Assembly: GCA_032718475.1 (NCBI GenBank)
Contig: JAUCBJ010001356.1
Span: 19,713 to 83,712, forward strand
DNA from: Nemertoderma westbladi
Taxonomy: Eukaryota; Animalia; Xenacoelomorpha
DNA: 64,000 bases
Direction of reading: 5' to 3'
The position numbers and the translations under genes are program-made. The notes beneath the pieces were generated by a model that saw only the letters and a list, made by a program, of their open reading frames with translations, was not told where the DNA came from and did no database searches. How positions within the stretch are numbered: position 1 is the stretch's first letter; each line of letters begins with the position of its first letter. Shown one piece after another: positions 45,841 through 59,800 of the stretch.

Positions 45841-48525
45841 ATGGCGAATGAATTGACACTGAGTTTCTTCCAAGATACATTCAACAGTGAATTGGGTTTG
45901 TCTTCCTTGGATCAACAATGTCAGGCAGAAATTAAACTTTTAGAAGCTTTGCATTGGATGGTTGAAACGAAAGTGAAATATATCAGAGAATTTACAATCA
46001 AACTAAAACTTCTCAGTGGCGGACAAAATATAGACTTTCACTCTATCGCTGATACCCCATTGTTTAGGTTATGCAAACAGATGTATGGAAACTGCGAGTT
46101 ATTGTCAAATGATTTGGTATCAGCCGCGTCGCTTTTAGAAAAAAAGGTGCTGCCCCAAGTCGCTGCCCTCCTCGCCCATCTCAAATCTTCCCGCAAACTC
46201 TTCAAAGAACAGCTGAAAAAAAATAACGATAAAGCCCAAAAATTATGCAACGAATTTTCTCGAAGCAAACAGAAATTAGAAACGGTATATAATAATTATG
46301 AAACAACAAAAAAGAAATTTTCAGATCTCCTCGCTGCGGGACAGCCCGGGAAGTCGTTCACAAACTCTAGAGAAAACTACTCGAAGGCAATGCAGACATA
46401 CCACGAGGAGTTCAACAGACATGTCGTGCTGTACCTCTCGGCTACACATTACATGGCTCAGAAGCGGAATTACGTAACTCCAGAAATGCTGAAAGTTTTT
46501 CAAGAAGACCAATTAATCGTGATGAAGAATTTTAAGGACGTGTTGCATACTTATTCGGAAAATGAGAAGACTATTTCGGATAATTATTCTGTAGCGAACA
46601 TCCAGCTATCTTCGAACGCGATTGAATTCAAACCATTCGACGAGATAACCGCTTTAGAGAAGGGTTTCGTAAACTCAGACCGAACCAGCAAAGACGATAA
46701 ACTAATCAGCCAGTTGGTGGAACCTTCCTCCTTGAATCTATCCGTATCCGATTTAACTATCGACGATTTGAAATCTTATATGGAAAACATAAAAGCGGAT
46801 CACGCAAAGGCTACGGCTGACGTTGCGAGAGCCGAAGACAACTGTAACACCAGTGCTGCTAATCCGGAGTCGAACAATATGTCAATATTATCTAAAAATC
46901 GATCGGTAATGAGTAACAGATTCGAAGTAATCGCGGCAGCAAACGAGTTATCGAGGTTACAGTTCGCTTTAGATCGAGTCAATGAAGCCACCGACATCCC
47001 TGCTGATTCCATTCCCAACGTCGTTATCGAGGACATTGAGGATACCGGTAATAAAGAGAGACGTCGAACTCGATCTATGGGAAAGTCGTGGAAGAAGTTA
47101 AAACAGTCGTCGCAACGGAACCAATCGACAGCGGCGTCGGACGACAGTCGGACGGGGTCCAGTGAATCGCCAGTTAGAGGGACTAATCGTGACTCTATGG
47201 AGTTACCGATCCCCCCATCACTACTACCTACACCATCGGGACCATCTACACTCCCCCCATCGGATCTACTTACACTCCCCCCATCGGATCCACTTACACT
47301 CCCCCCTCCGGAATCCCACTTCATCCCGCCCGCGGACTCGCCCCGCATCGAGGACTTCACCCCCTACACTATAGGCTTCCAGGGCGACCACCCGCCCATC
47401 GCGGACCAACTCTGGTACTACCACAACCTCTCGCGCGAAGAGGCCTCCGATAAACTCTGCACCGACGGCGACTTCCTGGTTCGCTTCTCCGAGAAAACCA
47501 GCAGTTACATCCTGAGCGTCTACGTGGCCGCCAAATCGAAATGCTCCCATTTCCGGATCCTCTACGAAAACGAAAACCAACCGAATCCAGGTTTCCACTT
47601 AGAAGGCGATCACTTCGCTTCGATTTGCTGTTTACTCGACGATTTAAAGCTACGGAATGGAGTCGTGACACTCCAAAGCGGAGTCCGTTTAGGTCAACCG
47701 GTTCTTAAATGTTTCGATGTCAGCGAGAGAAGTATCATAAAGTCGGAGATTATCGGAGAGGGGAATTTCGGGGAAGTTTATTCCGGATATTTAGTGACTC
47801 ACGTCGGGAATAAAGTTCGAGTTGCGGTTAAAACGTGTCGGCCGTCGTCCCCGGAGGAGATAAAGAGGCGGTTCATGGAGGAGGCCGAGTTGATGGAGGA
47901 TTTCAATCATCCGAACATACTGAAACTCATCGGGAAGTGTCGGGGTAGTCTGTGCATCGTGCTGGAGTTGATGGAACGAGGCGAGTTGCTCAAGTACGTG
48001 AGGGCGCGCGCGGCCGGAATCGGGCTGGAGGAGATGTTGGCGATCTGTCGGGACGTCGCCGGCGGGATGGAGTACCTGGAGGCCCGGAAGGTGATACACC
48101 GGGACCTGGCGGCCCGGAACTGTCTGGTCTCGGGCGCCGGGGTCGTCAAGGTCGCCGACTTCGGTCTGTCTCGCGACACGGGGGACTCCGACATCTACAC
48201 GGTCGGCGAGGGCCGTAAAGCCGTCCCGATCAAGTGGACCAGCCCCGAGTCGCTGCTGCTCAATCAGTACACGTCCAAGAGCGACGTCTGGTCCTACGGG
48301 ATACTCGTGTGGGAGGTCTACAGCAGGGGCGCCACGCCCTACCCCGGTCTGCAGAACCGGGTCGCCCAGGAGAAGTTCATTAACGGGTACAAGATGCGGC
48401 CGCCGGATGGCGCACCTCACGAGGTCGCCGAGTTGCTCTACCAGTGTTGGGACATGGACCCCGAGTTGAGACCGACATTCAATGAGATATCGGGGGCCTT
48501 GAGGGAACTCTGTGACGCAATGTAG
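45841..48525 (+). CDS. FER: Fer/Fes-family non-receptor tyrosine kinase (F-BAR, SH2, kinase), intronless
   Basis: Coiled-coil N-terminus; SH2 WYYH...DGDFLVR; GEGNFGEV, VAVK, HRDLAARN, DFG, PIKWTSPE, SDVWSYG; first ATG at 45841. Confidence 0.9.
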   Translation: MANELTLSFFQDTFNSELGLSSLDQQCQAEIKLLEALHWMVETKVKYIREFTIKLKLLSGGQNIDFHSIADTPLFRLCKQMYGNCELLSNDLVSAASLLEKKVLPQVAALLAHLKSSRKLFKEQLKKNNDKAQKLCNEFSRSKQKLETVYNNYETTKKKFSDLLAAGQPGKSFTNSRENYSKAMQTYHEEFNRHVVLYLSATHYMAQKRNYVTPEMLKVFQEDQLIVMKNFKDVLHTYSENEKTISDNYSVANIQLSSNAIEFKPFDEITALEKGFVNSDRTSKDDKLISQLVEPSSLNLSVSDLTIDDLKSYMENIKADHAKATADVARAEDNCNTSAANPESNNMSILSKNRSVMSNRFEVIAAANELSRLQFALDRVNEATDIPADSIPNVVIEDIEDTGNKERRRTRSMGKSWKKLKQSSQRNQSTAASDDSRTGSSESPVRGTNRDSMELPIPPSLLPTPSGPSTLPPSDLLTLPPSDPLTLPPPESHFIPPADSPRIEDFTPYTIGFQGDHPPIADQLWYYHNLSREEASDKLCTDGDFLVRFSEKTSSYILSVYVAAKSKCSHFRILYENENQPNPGFHLEGDHFASICCLLDDLKLRNGVVTLQSGVRLGQPVLKCFDVSERSIIKSEIIGEGNFGEVYSGYLVTHVGNKVRVAVKTCRPSSPEEIKRRFMEEAELMEDFNHPNILKLIGKCRGSLCIVLELMERGELLKYVRARAAGIGLEEMLAICRDVAGGMEYLEARKVIHRDLAARNCLVSGAGVVKVADFGLSRDTGDSDIYTVGEGRKAVPIKWTSPESLLLNQYTSKSDVWSYGILVWEVYSRGATPYPGLQNRVAQEKFINGYKMRPPDGAPHEVAELLYQCWDMDPELRPTFNEISGALRELCDAM

Positions 48526-51300
48526 TTACTAAGGGGACTCTGTGACGCAATGTAGTTACTGAGGGGACTCTGTGACGCAATGTAGTTACTGAGGGGACTC
48601 TGTGACGCAATGTAGTTACTAAGGGGACTCTGTGACGCAATGTAGTTACTAAGGGGACTCTGTGACGCAATGTAGTTACTAAGGGGGCTCTGTGACGCAA
48701 TGTAGTTACTAAGGGGACTCTGTGACGCAATGTAGTTACTGAGGGGACTCTGTGACGCAATGTAGTTACTGAGGGGACTCTGTGACGCAATGTAGTTACT
48801 AAGGGGACTCTGTGACGCAATGTAGTTACTAAGGGGACTCTGTGACGCAATGTAGTTACTGAGGGGACTGTGTGACGCAATGTAGTTACTAAGGGGACTC
48901 TGTGACGCAATGTAGTTACTAAGGGGACTCTGTGACGCAATGTAGTTACTGAGGGGACTCTGTGACGCAATGTAGTTACTAAGGGGACTCTGTGACGCAA
49001 TGTAGTTACTAAGGGGACTCTGTGACGCAATGTAGTTACTAAGGGGACTCTGTGACGCAATGTAGTTACTAAGGGGACTCTGTGACGCAATGTAGTTACT
49101 GAGGGGACTCTGTGACGCAATGTAGTTACTGAGGGGACTCTGTGACGCAATGTAGTTACTAAGGGGACTCTGTGACGCAATGTAGTTACTAAGGGGACTC
49201 TGTGACGCAATGTAGTTACTAAGGGGACTCTGTGACGCAATGTAGTTACTAAGGGGACTCTGTGACGCAATGTAGTTACTAAGGGGACTCTGTGACGCAA
49301 TGTAGTTACTGAGGGGACTCTGTGACGCAATGTAGTTACTGAGGGGACTCTGTGACGCAATGTAGTTACTGAGGGGACTCTGTGACGCAATGTAGTTACT
49401 AAGGGGACTCTGTGACGCAATGTAGTTACTGAGGGGACTCTGTGACGCAATGTAGTTACTGAGGGGACTCTGTGACGCAATGTAGTTACTAAGGGGACTC
49501 TGTGACGCAATGTAGTTACTAAGGGGACTCTGTGACGCAATGTAGTTACTAAGGGGACTCTGTGACGCAATGTAGTTACTAAGGGGACTCTGTGACGCAA
49601 TGTAGTTACTAAGGGGACTCTGTGACGCAATGTAGTTACTAAGGGGACTCTGTGACGCAATGTAGTTACTGAGGGGACTCTGTGACGCAATGTAGTTACT
49701 AAGGGGACTCTGTGACGCAATGTAGTTACTAAGGGGACTCTGTGACGCAATGTAGTTACTGAGGGGACTCTGTGACGCAATGTAGTTACTGAGGGGACTC
49801 TGTGACGCAATGTAGTTACTGAGGGGACTCTGTGACGCAATGTAGTTACTAAGGGGACTCTGTGACGCAATGTAGTTACTGAGGGGGCTCTGTGACGCAA
49901 TGTAGTTACTAAGGGGACTCTGTGACGCAATGTAGTTACTAAGGGGACTCTGTGACGCAATGTAGTTACTAAGGGGACTCTGTGACGCAATGTAGTTACT
50001 AAGGGGACTCTGTGACGCAATGTAGTTACTAAGGGGACTCTGTGACGCAATGTAGTTACTAAGGGGACTCTGTGACGCAATGTAGTTACTAAGGGGACTC
50101 TGTGACGCAATGTAGTTACTGAGGGGACTCTGTGACGCAATGTAGTTACTGAGGGGGCTCTGTGACGCAATGTAGTTACTAAGGGGACTCTGTGACGCAA
50201 TGTAGTTACTGAGGGGACTCTGTGACGCAATGTAGTTACTAAGGGGACTCTGTGACGCAATGTAGTTACTAAGGGGACTCTGTGACGCAATGTAGTTACT
50301 GAGGGGACTCTGTGACGCAATGTAGTTACTAAGGGGACTCTGTGACGCAATGTAGTTACTAAGGGGACTCTGTGACGCAATGTAGTTACTAAGGGGGCTC
50401 TGTGACGCAATGTAGTTACTAAGGGGACTCTGTGACGCAATGTAGTTACTAAGGGGACTCTGTGACGCAATGTAGTTACTAAGGGGACTCTGTGACGCAA
50501 TGTAGTTACTAAGGGGACTCTGTGACGCAATGTAGTTACTAAGGGGACTCTGTGACGCAATGTAGTTACTAAGGGGACTCTGTGACGCAATGTAGTTACT
50601 AAGGGGACTCTGTGACGCAATGTAGTTACTAAGGGGACTCTGTGACGCAATGTAGTTACTAAGGGGACTCTGTGACGCAATGTAGTTACTGAGGGGACTC
50701 TGTGACGCAATGTAGTTACTGAGGGGGCTCTGTGACGCAATGTAGTTACTGAGGGGGCTCTGTGACGCAATGTAGTTACTGAGGGGACTCTGTGACGCAA
50801 TGTAGTTACTGAGGGGGCTCTGTGACGCAATGTAGTTACTAAGGGGACTCTGTGACGCAATGTAGTTACTAAGGGGACTCTGTGACGCAATGTAGTTACT
50901 AAGGGGACTCTGTGACGCAATGTAGTTACTAAGGGGACTCTGTGACGCAATGTAGTTACTAAGGGGACTCTGTGACGCAATGTAGTTACTGAGGGGACTC
51001 TGTGACGCAATGTAGTTACTGAGGGGGCTCTGTGACGCAATGTAGTTACTAAGGGGACTCTGTGACGCAATGTAGTTACTAAGGGGACTCTGTGACGCAA
51101 TGTAGTTACTAAGGGGACTCTGTGACGCAATGTAGTTACTAAGGGGACTCTGTGACGCAATGTAGTTACTAAGGGGACTCTGTGACGCAATGTAGTTACT
51201 GAGGGGACTCTGTGACGCAATGTAGTTACTAAGGGGACTCTGTGACGCAATGTAGTTACTAAGGGGACTCTGTGACGCAATGTAGTTACTAAGGGGACTG
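48501..51300. repeat. 30-bp minisatellite (~93 copies) built from the last codons and stop codon of the kinase
   Basis: Unit CTC TGT GAC GCA ATG TAG TTACT(A/G)AGGGGA; the first copy is the real ...LCDAM* end. Confidence 0.98.
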
Positions 51301-51358
51301 TGTGGTATATTGAGGTTTAACTTTTAATCAGTTACTCTTTTTACAGTGCTGCTTTTAT

Positions 51359-51428
51359 GTCTTCATAGCTCAATGGTTAGAGCGTCAGTATATATACAAA
51401 GGTTATAGACATGGGTTCGCTACCAGGT
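51359..51428 (+). mobile_element. tRNA-like SINE head relic (duplicated at +7101)
   Basis: TAGCTCAATGGTTAGAGCG A-box/D-arm and GGGTTCGCTACC B-box-like motif; anticodon arm degenerate. Confidence 0.35.
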
Positions 51429-52057
51429 ATATACCGGTACTCAATATCATCATATAAACTTATATTTATGGATCGATTGTGGGGGTATTTACCGTGAGTT
51501 AGGTACAACCGATAAATAAAGTTATCCTAACTCGAACAATAAACACACATATTACCTCATTGAAACTGCCTAGTAATAATAATGACAGCTACATTTGGAC
51601 TCCTTGTAATTCCTCCATTTGGTAGATGCATTCTTATAATAAAGGTAATTGCTTATATATTAAATATAACTGATTATATTTAAATTACTTGGGAACCAGG
51701 TAAATTATTGTCGATTCCTATTGCATAGCTAAGCTATATAACATGTTATTTATTTATATTAACTTTTACTTTATATTTAGTTGTATATCGTTTTTTTGTG
51801 CTGCTTTTTATGTGAATTACATTATAGTAATCACTTATATTATTAATATTTTTACTTATTAGATAGTTATAGTGTGTATGTTATGTTATTTGTATATATT
51901 TATATGGATATATGGTATTTAATTCCAGATGTCGTTTCATGTTGTTAGTTCTAGTAATTTCCTTTTCTAACACCCACATTGGTCGGCGTCAGTCACCGTA
52001 CTTAATATTTAAAGTTGGTTTATCATATTAATGAAATATTTTAATTTTTCAACCTCA

Positions 52058-55000
52058 AATAACCATATCGGTTAATAACCGGATCAGTGAAATAACCATG
52101 TCGGTTAATAACCGGATCAGTTAATAACCGGATCAGTGAAATAACCATATTGGTTAATAACCGGAGCAGTTAATAACCGGATCAGTGAAATAACCATATT
52201 GGTTAATAACCGGAGCAGTTAATAACCGGATCAGTGAAATAACCATATTGGTTAATAACCGGAGCAGTTAATAACCGGATCAGTTAAATAACCATATCGG
52301 TTAATAACCGGATCAGTTAATAACCGGATCAGTTAAATAACCATATCGGTTAATAACCATATCGGTTAATAACCATATCGGTTAATAACCATATCGGTTA
52401 ATAACCATATCGGTTAATAACCGGATCAGTTAAATAACCATATCGGTTAATAACCGGATCAGTTAATAACCGGATCAGTTAAATAACAATATCGGTTAAT
52501 AACCGGATCAGTTAAATAACCATATCGGTTAATAACCGGATCAGTTAAATAACCATATCGGTTAATAACCGGATCAGTTAAATAACAATATCGGTTAATA
52601 ACCGGATCAGTTAATAACCGGATCAGTTAAATAACCTTATCGGTTAATAACCGGATCAGTTAAATAACCATATCGGTTAATAACCGGATCAGTTAAATAA
52701 CAATATCGGTTAATAACCGGATCAGTTAATAACCGGATCAGTTAAATAACCATATCGGTTAATAACCGGATCAGTTAAATAACCATATCGGTTAATAACC
52801 GGATCAGTTAAATAACCATATCGGTTATTAACCGGATCAGTTAATAACCGGATCAGTTAAATACCATATCGGTTAATAACCGGATCAGTTAAATACCATA
52901 TCGGTTAATAACCGGATCAGTTAAATAACCATATCGGTTAATAACCGGATCAGTTAAATAACCATATTGGTTAATAACCGGATCAGTTAAATAACCATAT
53001 TGGTTAATAACCGGATCAGTTAATAACCGGATCATTTAAATAACAATATCGGTTAATAACCGGATCAGTTAAATAACCATATCGGTTAATAACCGGATCA
53101 GTTAAATAACAATATCGGTTAATAACCGGATCAGTTAATAACCGGATCAGTTAAATAACCATATCGGTTAATAACCGGATCAGTTAAATAACCATATCGG
53201 TTAATAACCGGATCAGTTAAATAACCATATCGGTTAATAACCGGATCAGTTAAATAACCATATTGGTTAATAACCGGATCAGTTAAATACCATATCGGTT
53301 AATAACCGGATCAGTTAAATACCATATCGGTTAATAACCGGATCAGTTAAATAACCATATTGGTTAATAACCGGATCAGTTAAATAACCATATTGGTTAA
53401 TAACCGGATCAGTTAAATAACCATATTGGTTAATAACCGGATCAGTTAATAACCGGATCAGTTAAATAACAATATCGGTTAATAACCGGATCAGTTAAAT
53501 AACCATATTGGTTAATAACCGGATCAGTTAAATAACCATATTGGTTAATAACCGGATCAGTTAATAACCGGATCAGTTAAATAACAATATCGGTTAATAA
53601 CCGGATCAGTTAAATAACAATATCGGTTAATAACCGGATCAGTTAAATAACCATATTGGTTAATAACCGGATCAGTTAATAACCGGATCAGTTAAATAAC
53701 AATATCGGTTAATAACCGGATCAGTTAAATAACCATATCGGTTAATAACCGGATCATTTAAATAACAATATCGGTTAATAACCGGATCAGTTAAATAACC
53801 ATATCGGTTAATAACCGGATCAGTTAAATAACAATATCGGTTAATAACCGGATCAGTTAAATAACCATATCGGTTAATAACCGGATCAGTTAAATAACCA
53901 TATCGGTTATTAACCGGATCAGTTAATAACCGGATCAGTTAAATACCATATCGGTTAATAACCGGATCAGTTAAATACCATATCGGTTAATAACCGGATC
54001 AGTTAAATAACCATATTGGTTAATAACCGGATCAGTTAAATAACAATATCGGTTAATAACCGGATCAGTTAAATAACCATATCGGTTAATAACCGGATCA
54101 GTTAAATAACAATATCGGTTAATAACCGGATCAGTTAAATAACCATATTGGTTAATAACCGGATCAGTTAAATAACCATGTCGGTTAATAACCGGATCAG
54201 TTAATAACCGGATCAGTTCAATAACCATATCGGTTAATAACCGGATCAGTTAAATAACCATATTGGTTAATAACCGGATCAGTTAAATAACCATATCGGT
54301 TAATAACCGGATCAGTTAAATAACCATATCGGTTATTAACCGGATCAGTTAATAAACAGATCAGTTGAATAACCATATCGGTTAATAACCGGATCAGTTA
54401 AATAACCATATTGGTTAATAACCGGATCAGTTAAATAACCATATTGGTTAATAACCGGATCAGTTAAATAACCATATCGGTTAATAACCATATCGGTTAA
54501 TAATCGGATCAGTTAATAACCGGATCAGTTAAATAACCATATCGGTTAATAACCGGATCAGTTAAATAACAATATCGGTTAATAACCGGATCAGTTAAAT
54601 AACAATATCGGTTAATAACCGGATCAGTTAAATAACCATATTGGTTAATAACCGGATCAGTTAAATAACCATATCAATAACGGGATCAGTTAATAACCGG
54701 ATCAGTTAAATAACCATATTGGTTAATAACCGGATCAGTTAAATAACCATATCGGTTAATAACCGGATCAGTTAAATAACCATATCGGTTAATAACCGGA
54801 TCAGTTAAATAACCATATTGGTTAATAACCGGATCAGTTAAATAACCATATCAATAACGGGATCAGTTAATAACCGGATCAGTTAAATAACCATATCGGT
54901 TAATAACCGGATCAGTTAAATAACCATATTGGTTAATAACCGGATCAGTTAAATAACCATATTGGTTAATAACCGGATCAGTTAAATAACAATATCGGTT

Positions 55001-56871
55001 AATAACCGGATCAATTAATAACCGGATCAGTTAAATAACCGGATCAGTTAAATAACCATATTGGTTAATAACCGGATCAGTTAAATAACCATATTGGTTA
55101 ATAACCGGATCAGTTAAATAACAATATCGGTTAATAACCGGATCAATTAATAACCGGATCAGTTAAATAACCATATCGGTTAATAACCGGATCAGTTAAA
55201 TAACCATATTGGTTAATAACCGGATCAGTTAAATAACCATATCGGTTAATAACCGGATCAGTTAAATAACCATATTGGTTAATAACCGGATCAGTTAAAT
55301 AACAATATCGGTTAATAACCGGATCAGTTAATAACCGGATCAGTTAAATAACCATATCGGTTAATAACCGGATCAGTTAAATAACCATATCGGTTAATAA
55401 CCGGATCAGTTAAATAACCATATTGGTTAATAACCGGATCAGTTAAATAACCATATCAATAACGGGATCAGTTAATAACCGGATCAGTTAAATAACCATA
55501 TCAGTTAATAACCGGATCAGTTAAATAACCATATTGGTTAATAACCGGATCAGTTAAATAACCATATTGGTTAATAACCGGATCAGTTAAATAACCATAT
55601 TGGTTAATAACCGGATCAGTTAAATAACCGGATCAGTTAAATAACCATATTGGTTAATAACCGGATCAGTTAAATAACCATATCGGTTAATAACCGGATC
55701 AGTTAAATAACCATATTGGTTAATAACCGGATCAGTTAAATAACAATATCGGTTAATAACCGGATCAATTAATAACCGGATCAGTTAAATAACCATATCG
55801 GTTAATAACCGGATCAGTTAAATAACCATATTGGTTAATAACCGGATCAGTTAAATAACCATATCGGTTAATAACCGGATCAGTTAAATAACCATATCGG
55901 TTAATAACCGGATCAATTAATAACCGGATCAGTTAAATAACCATATCGGTTAATAACCGGATCAGTTAAATAACCATATTGGTTAATAACCGGATCAGTT
56001 AAATAACCATATTGGTTAATAACCGGATCAGTTAATAACCGGATCAGTTAATAACCGGATCAGTTAATAACCGGATCAGTTAAATAACCATTTCGGTTAA
56101 TAACCGGATCAGTTAAATAACCATATTGGTTAATAACCGGATCAGTTAAATAACCATATCGGTTAATAACCGGATCAGTTAAATAACCATATCGGTTAAT
56201 AACGGGATCAGTTAAATAACCATATCGGTTAATAACCGGATCAGTTAATAACCGGATCAGTTAAATAACAATATCGGTTAATAACCGGATCGGTTAATAA
56301 CCGGATCAGTTAAATAACCATATCGGTTAATAACGGGATCAGTTAAATAACCATATCGGTTAATAACCGGATCAGTTAATAACCGGATCAGTTAAATAAC
56401 AATATCGGTTAATAACCGGATCAGTTAAATAACCATATTGGTTAATAACCGGATCAGTTAAATAACCATATCGGTTAATAACCGGATCAGTTAAATAACC
56501 ATATCGGTTAATAACCGGATCAGTTAATAACCGGATCAGTTAAATAACAATATCGGTTAATAACCGGATCAGTTAAATAACCATATTGGTTAATAACCGG
56601 ATCAGTTAATAACCGGATCAGTTAAATAACCATATTGGTTAATAACCGGATCAGTTAAATAACAATATCGGTTAATAACCGGATCAGTTAATAACCGGAT
56701 CAGTTAAATAACCATATTGGTTAATAATCGGATCAGTTAATAACCGGATCGGTTAAATAACCATATTGGTTAATAACCGGATCAGTTAAATAACCATATT
56801 GGTTAATAACCGGATCAGTTAAATAACCATATTGGTTAATAACCGGATCAGTTAAATAACAATATCGGTTA
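52058..56871. repeat. Compound satellite of 16-17-bp subunits (AATAACCATATCGGTT and AATAACCGGATCAGTT), mostly as 33-bp dimers
   Basis: Direct inspection. Confidence 0.95.
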
Positions 56872-59800
56872 TGTGACGCAATGTAGTTACTGAGGGGGCT
56901 CTGTGACGCAATGTAGTTACTGAGGGGACTCTGTGACGCAATGTAGTTACTGAGGGGGCTCTGTGACGCAATGTAGTTACTGAGGGGGCTCTGTGACGCA
57001 ATGTAGTTACTGAGGGGACTCTGTGACGCAATGTAGTTACTGAGGGGGCTCTGTGACGCAATGTAGTTACTAAGGGGACTCTGTGACGCAATGTAGTTAC
57101 TAAGGGGACTCTGTGACGCAATGTAGTTACTAAGGGGACTCTGTGACGCAATGTAGTTACTAAGGGGACTCTGTGACGCAATGTAGTTACTAAGGGGACT
57201 CTGTGACGCAACGTAGTTACTGAGGGGACTCTGTGACGCAATGTAGTTACTGAGGGGGCTCTGTGACGCAATGTAGTTACTAAGGGGACTCTGTGACGCA
57301 ATGTAGTTACTAAGGGGACTCTGTGACGCAATGTAGTTACTAAGGGGACTCTGTGACGCAATGTAGTTACTAAGGGGACTCTGTGACGCAATGTAGTTAC
57401 TGAGGGGACTCTGTGACGCAATGTAGTTACTAAGGGGACTCTGTGACGCAATGTAGTTACTAAGGGGACTCTGTGACGCAATGTAGTTACTAAGGGGGCT
57501 CTGTGACGCAATGTAGTTACTAAGGGGACTCTGTGACGCAATGTAGTTACTAAGGGGACTCTGTGACGCAATGTAGTTACTAAGGGGACTCTGTGACGCA
57601 ATGTAGTTACTAAGGGGACTCTGTGACGCAATGTAGTTACTAAGGGGACTCTGTGACGCAATGTAGTTACTAAGGGGACTCTGTGACGCAATGTAGTTAC
57701 TAAGGGGACTCTGTGACGCAATGTAGTTACTAAGGGGACTCTGTGACGCAATGTAGTTACTAAGGGGACTCTGTGACGCAATGTAGTTACTGAGGGGACT
57801 CTGTGACGCAATGTAGTTACTGAGGGGGCTCTGTGACGCAATGTAGTTACTGAGGGGGCTCTGTGACGCAATGTAGTTACTGAGGGGACTCTGTGACGCA
57901 ATGTAGTTACTGAGGGGGCTCTGTGACGCAATGTAGTTACTAAGGGGACTCTGTGACGCAATGTAGTTACTAAGGGGACTCTGTGACGCAATGTAGTTAC
58001 TAAGGGGACTCTGTGACGCAATGTAGTTACTAAGGGGACTCTGTGACGCAATGTAGTTACTAAGGGGACTCTGTGACGCAATGTAGTTACTGAGGGGACT
58101 CTGTGACGCAATGTAGTTACTGAGGGGGCTCTGTGACGCAATGTAGTTACTAAGGGGACTCTGTGACGCAATGTAGTTACTAAGGGGACTCTGTGACGCA
58201 ATGTAGTTACTAAGGGGACTCTGTGACGCAATGTAGTTACTAAGGGGACTCTGTGACGCAATGTAGTTACTAAGGGGACTCTGTGACGCAATGTAGTTAC
58301 TGAGGGGACTCTGTGACGCAATGTAGTTACTAAGGGGACTCTGTGACGCAATGTAGTTACTAAGGGGACTCTGTGACGCAATGTAGTTACTAAGGGGACT
58401 GTGTGGTATATTGAGGTTTAACTTTTAATCAGTTACTCTTTTTACAGTGCTGCTTTTATGTCTTCATAGCTCAATGGTTAGAGCGTCAGTATATATACAA
58501 AGGTTATAGACATGGGTTCGCTACCAGGTATATACCGGTACTCAATATCATCATATAAACTTATATTTATGGATCGATTGTGGGGGTATTTACCGTGAGT
58601 TAGGTACAACCGATAAATAAAGTTATCCTAACTCGAACAATAAACACACATATTACCTCATTGAAACTGCCTAGTAATAATAATGACAGCTACATTTGGA
58701 CTCCTTGTAATTCCTCCATTTGGTAGATGCATTCTTATAATAAAGGTAATTGCTTATATATTAAATATAACTGATTATATTTAAATTACTTGGGAACCAG
58801 GTAAATTATTGTCGATTCCTATTGCATAGCTAAGCTATATAACATGTTATTTATTTATATTAACTTTTACTTTATATTTAGTTGTATATCGTTTTTTTGT
58901 GCTGCTTTTTATGTGAATTACATTATAGTAATCACTTATATTATTAATATTTTTACTTATTAGATAGTTATAGTGTGTATGTTATGTTATTTGTATATAT
59001 TTATATGGATATATGGTATTTAATTCCAGATGTCGTTTCATGTTGTTAGTTCTAGTAATTTCCTTTTCTAACACCCACATTGGTCGGCGTCAGTCACCGT
59101 ACTTAATATTTAAAGTTGGTTTATCATATTAATGAAATATTTTAATTTTTCAACCTCAAATAACCATATCGGTTAATAACCGGATCAGTGAAATAACCAT
59201 GTCGGTTAATAACCGGATCAGTTAATAACCGGATCAGTGAAATAACCATATTGGTTAATAACCGGAGCAGTTAATAACCGGATCAGTGAAATAACCATAT
59301 TGGTTAATAACCGGAGCAGTTAATAACCGGATCAGTGAAATAACCATATTGGTTAATAACCGGAGCAGTTAATAACCGGATCAGTTAAATAACCATATCG
59401 GTTAATAACCGGATCAGTTAATAACCGGATCAGTTAAATAACCATATCGGTTAATAACCATATCGGTTAATAACCATATCGGTTAATAACCATATCGGTT
59501 AATAACCATATCGGTTAATAACCGGATCAGTTAAATAACCATATCGGTTAATAACCGGATCAGTTAATAACCGGATCAGTTAAATAACAATATCGGTTAA
59601 TAACCGGATCAGTTAAATAACCATATCGGTTAATAACCGGATCAGTTAAATAACCATATCGGTTAATAACCGGATCAGTTAAATAACAATATCGGTTAAT
59701 AACCGGATCAGTTAATAACCGGATCAGTTAAATAACCTTATCGGTTAATAACCGGATCAGTTAAATAACCATATCGGTTAATAACCGGATCAGTTAAATA

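Noticed and set aside
46038-48420. Overlapping antisense and alternative-frame ORFs in the kinase gene
   Set aside because: Shadows of a GC-rich coding region with no independent motifs
51359-51428. Functional tRNA gene
   Set aside because: No proper anticodon or acceptor stem; kept only as a low-confidence SINE-like relic
48479-58381. RHRVPLVTTL repeat ORFs
   Set aside because: Antisense read-through of the 30-bp array, with no unique coding sequence
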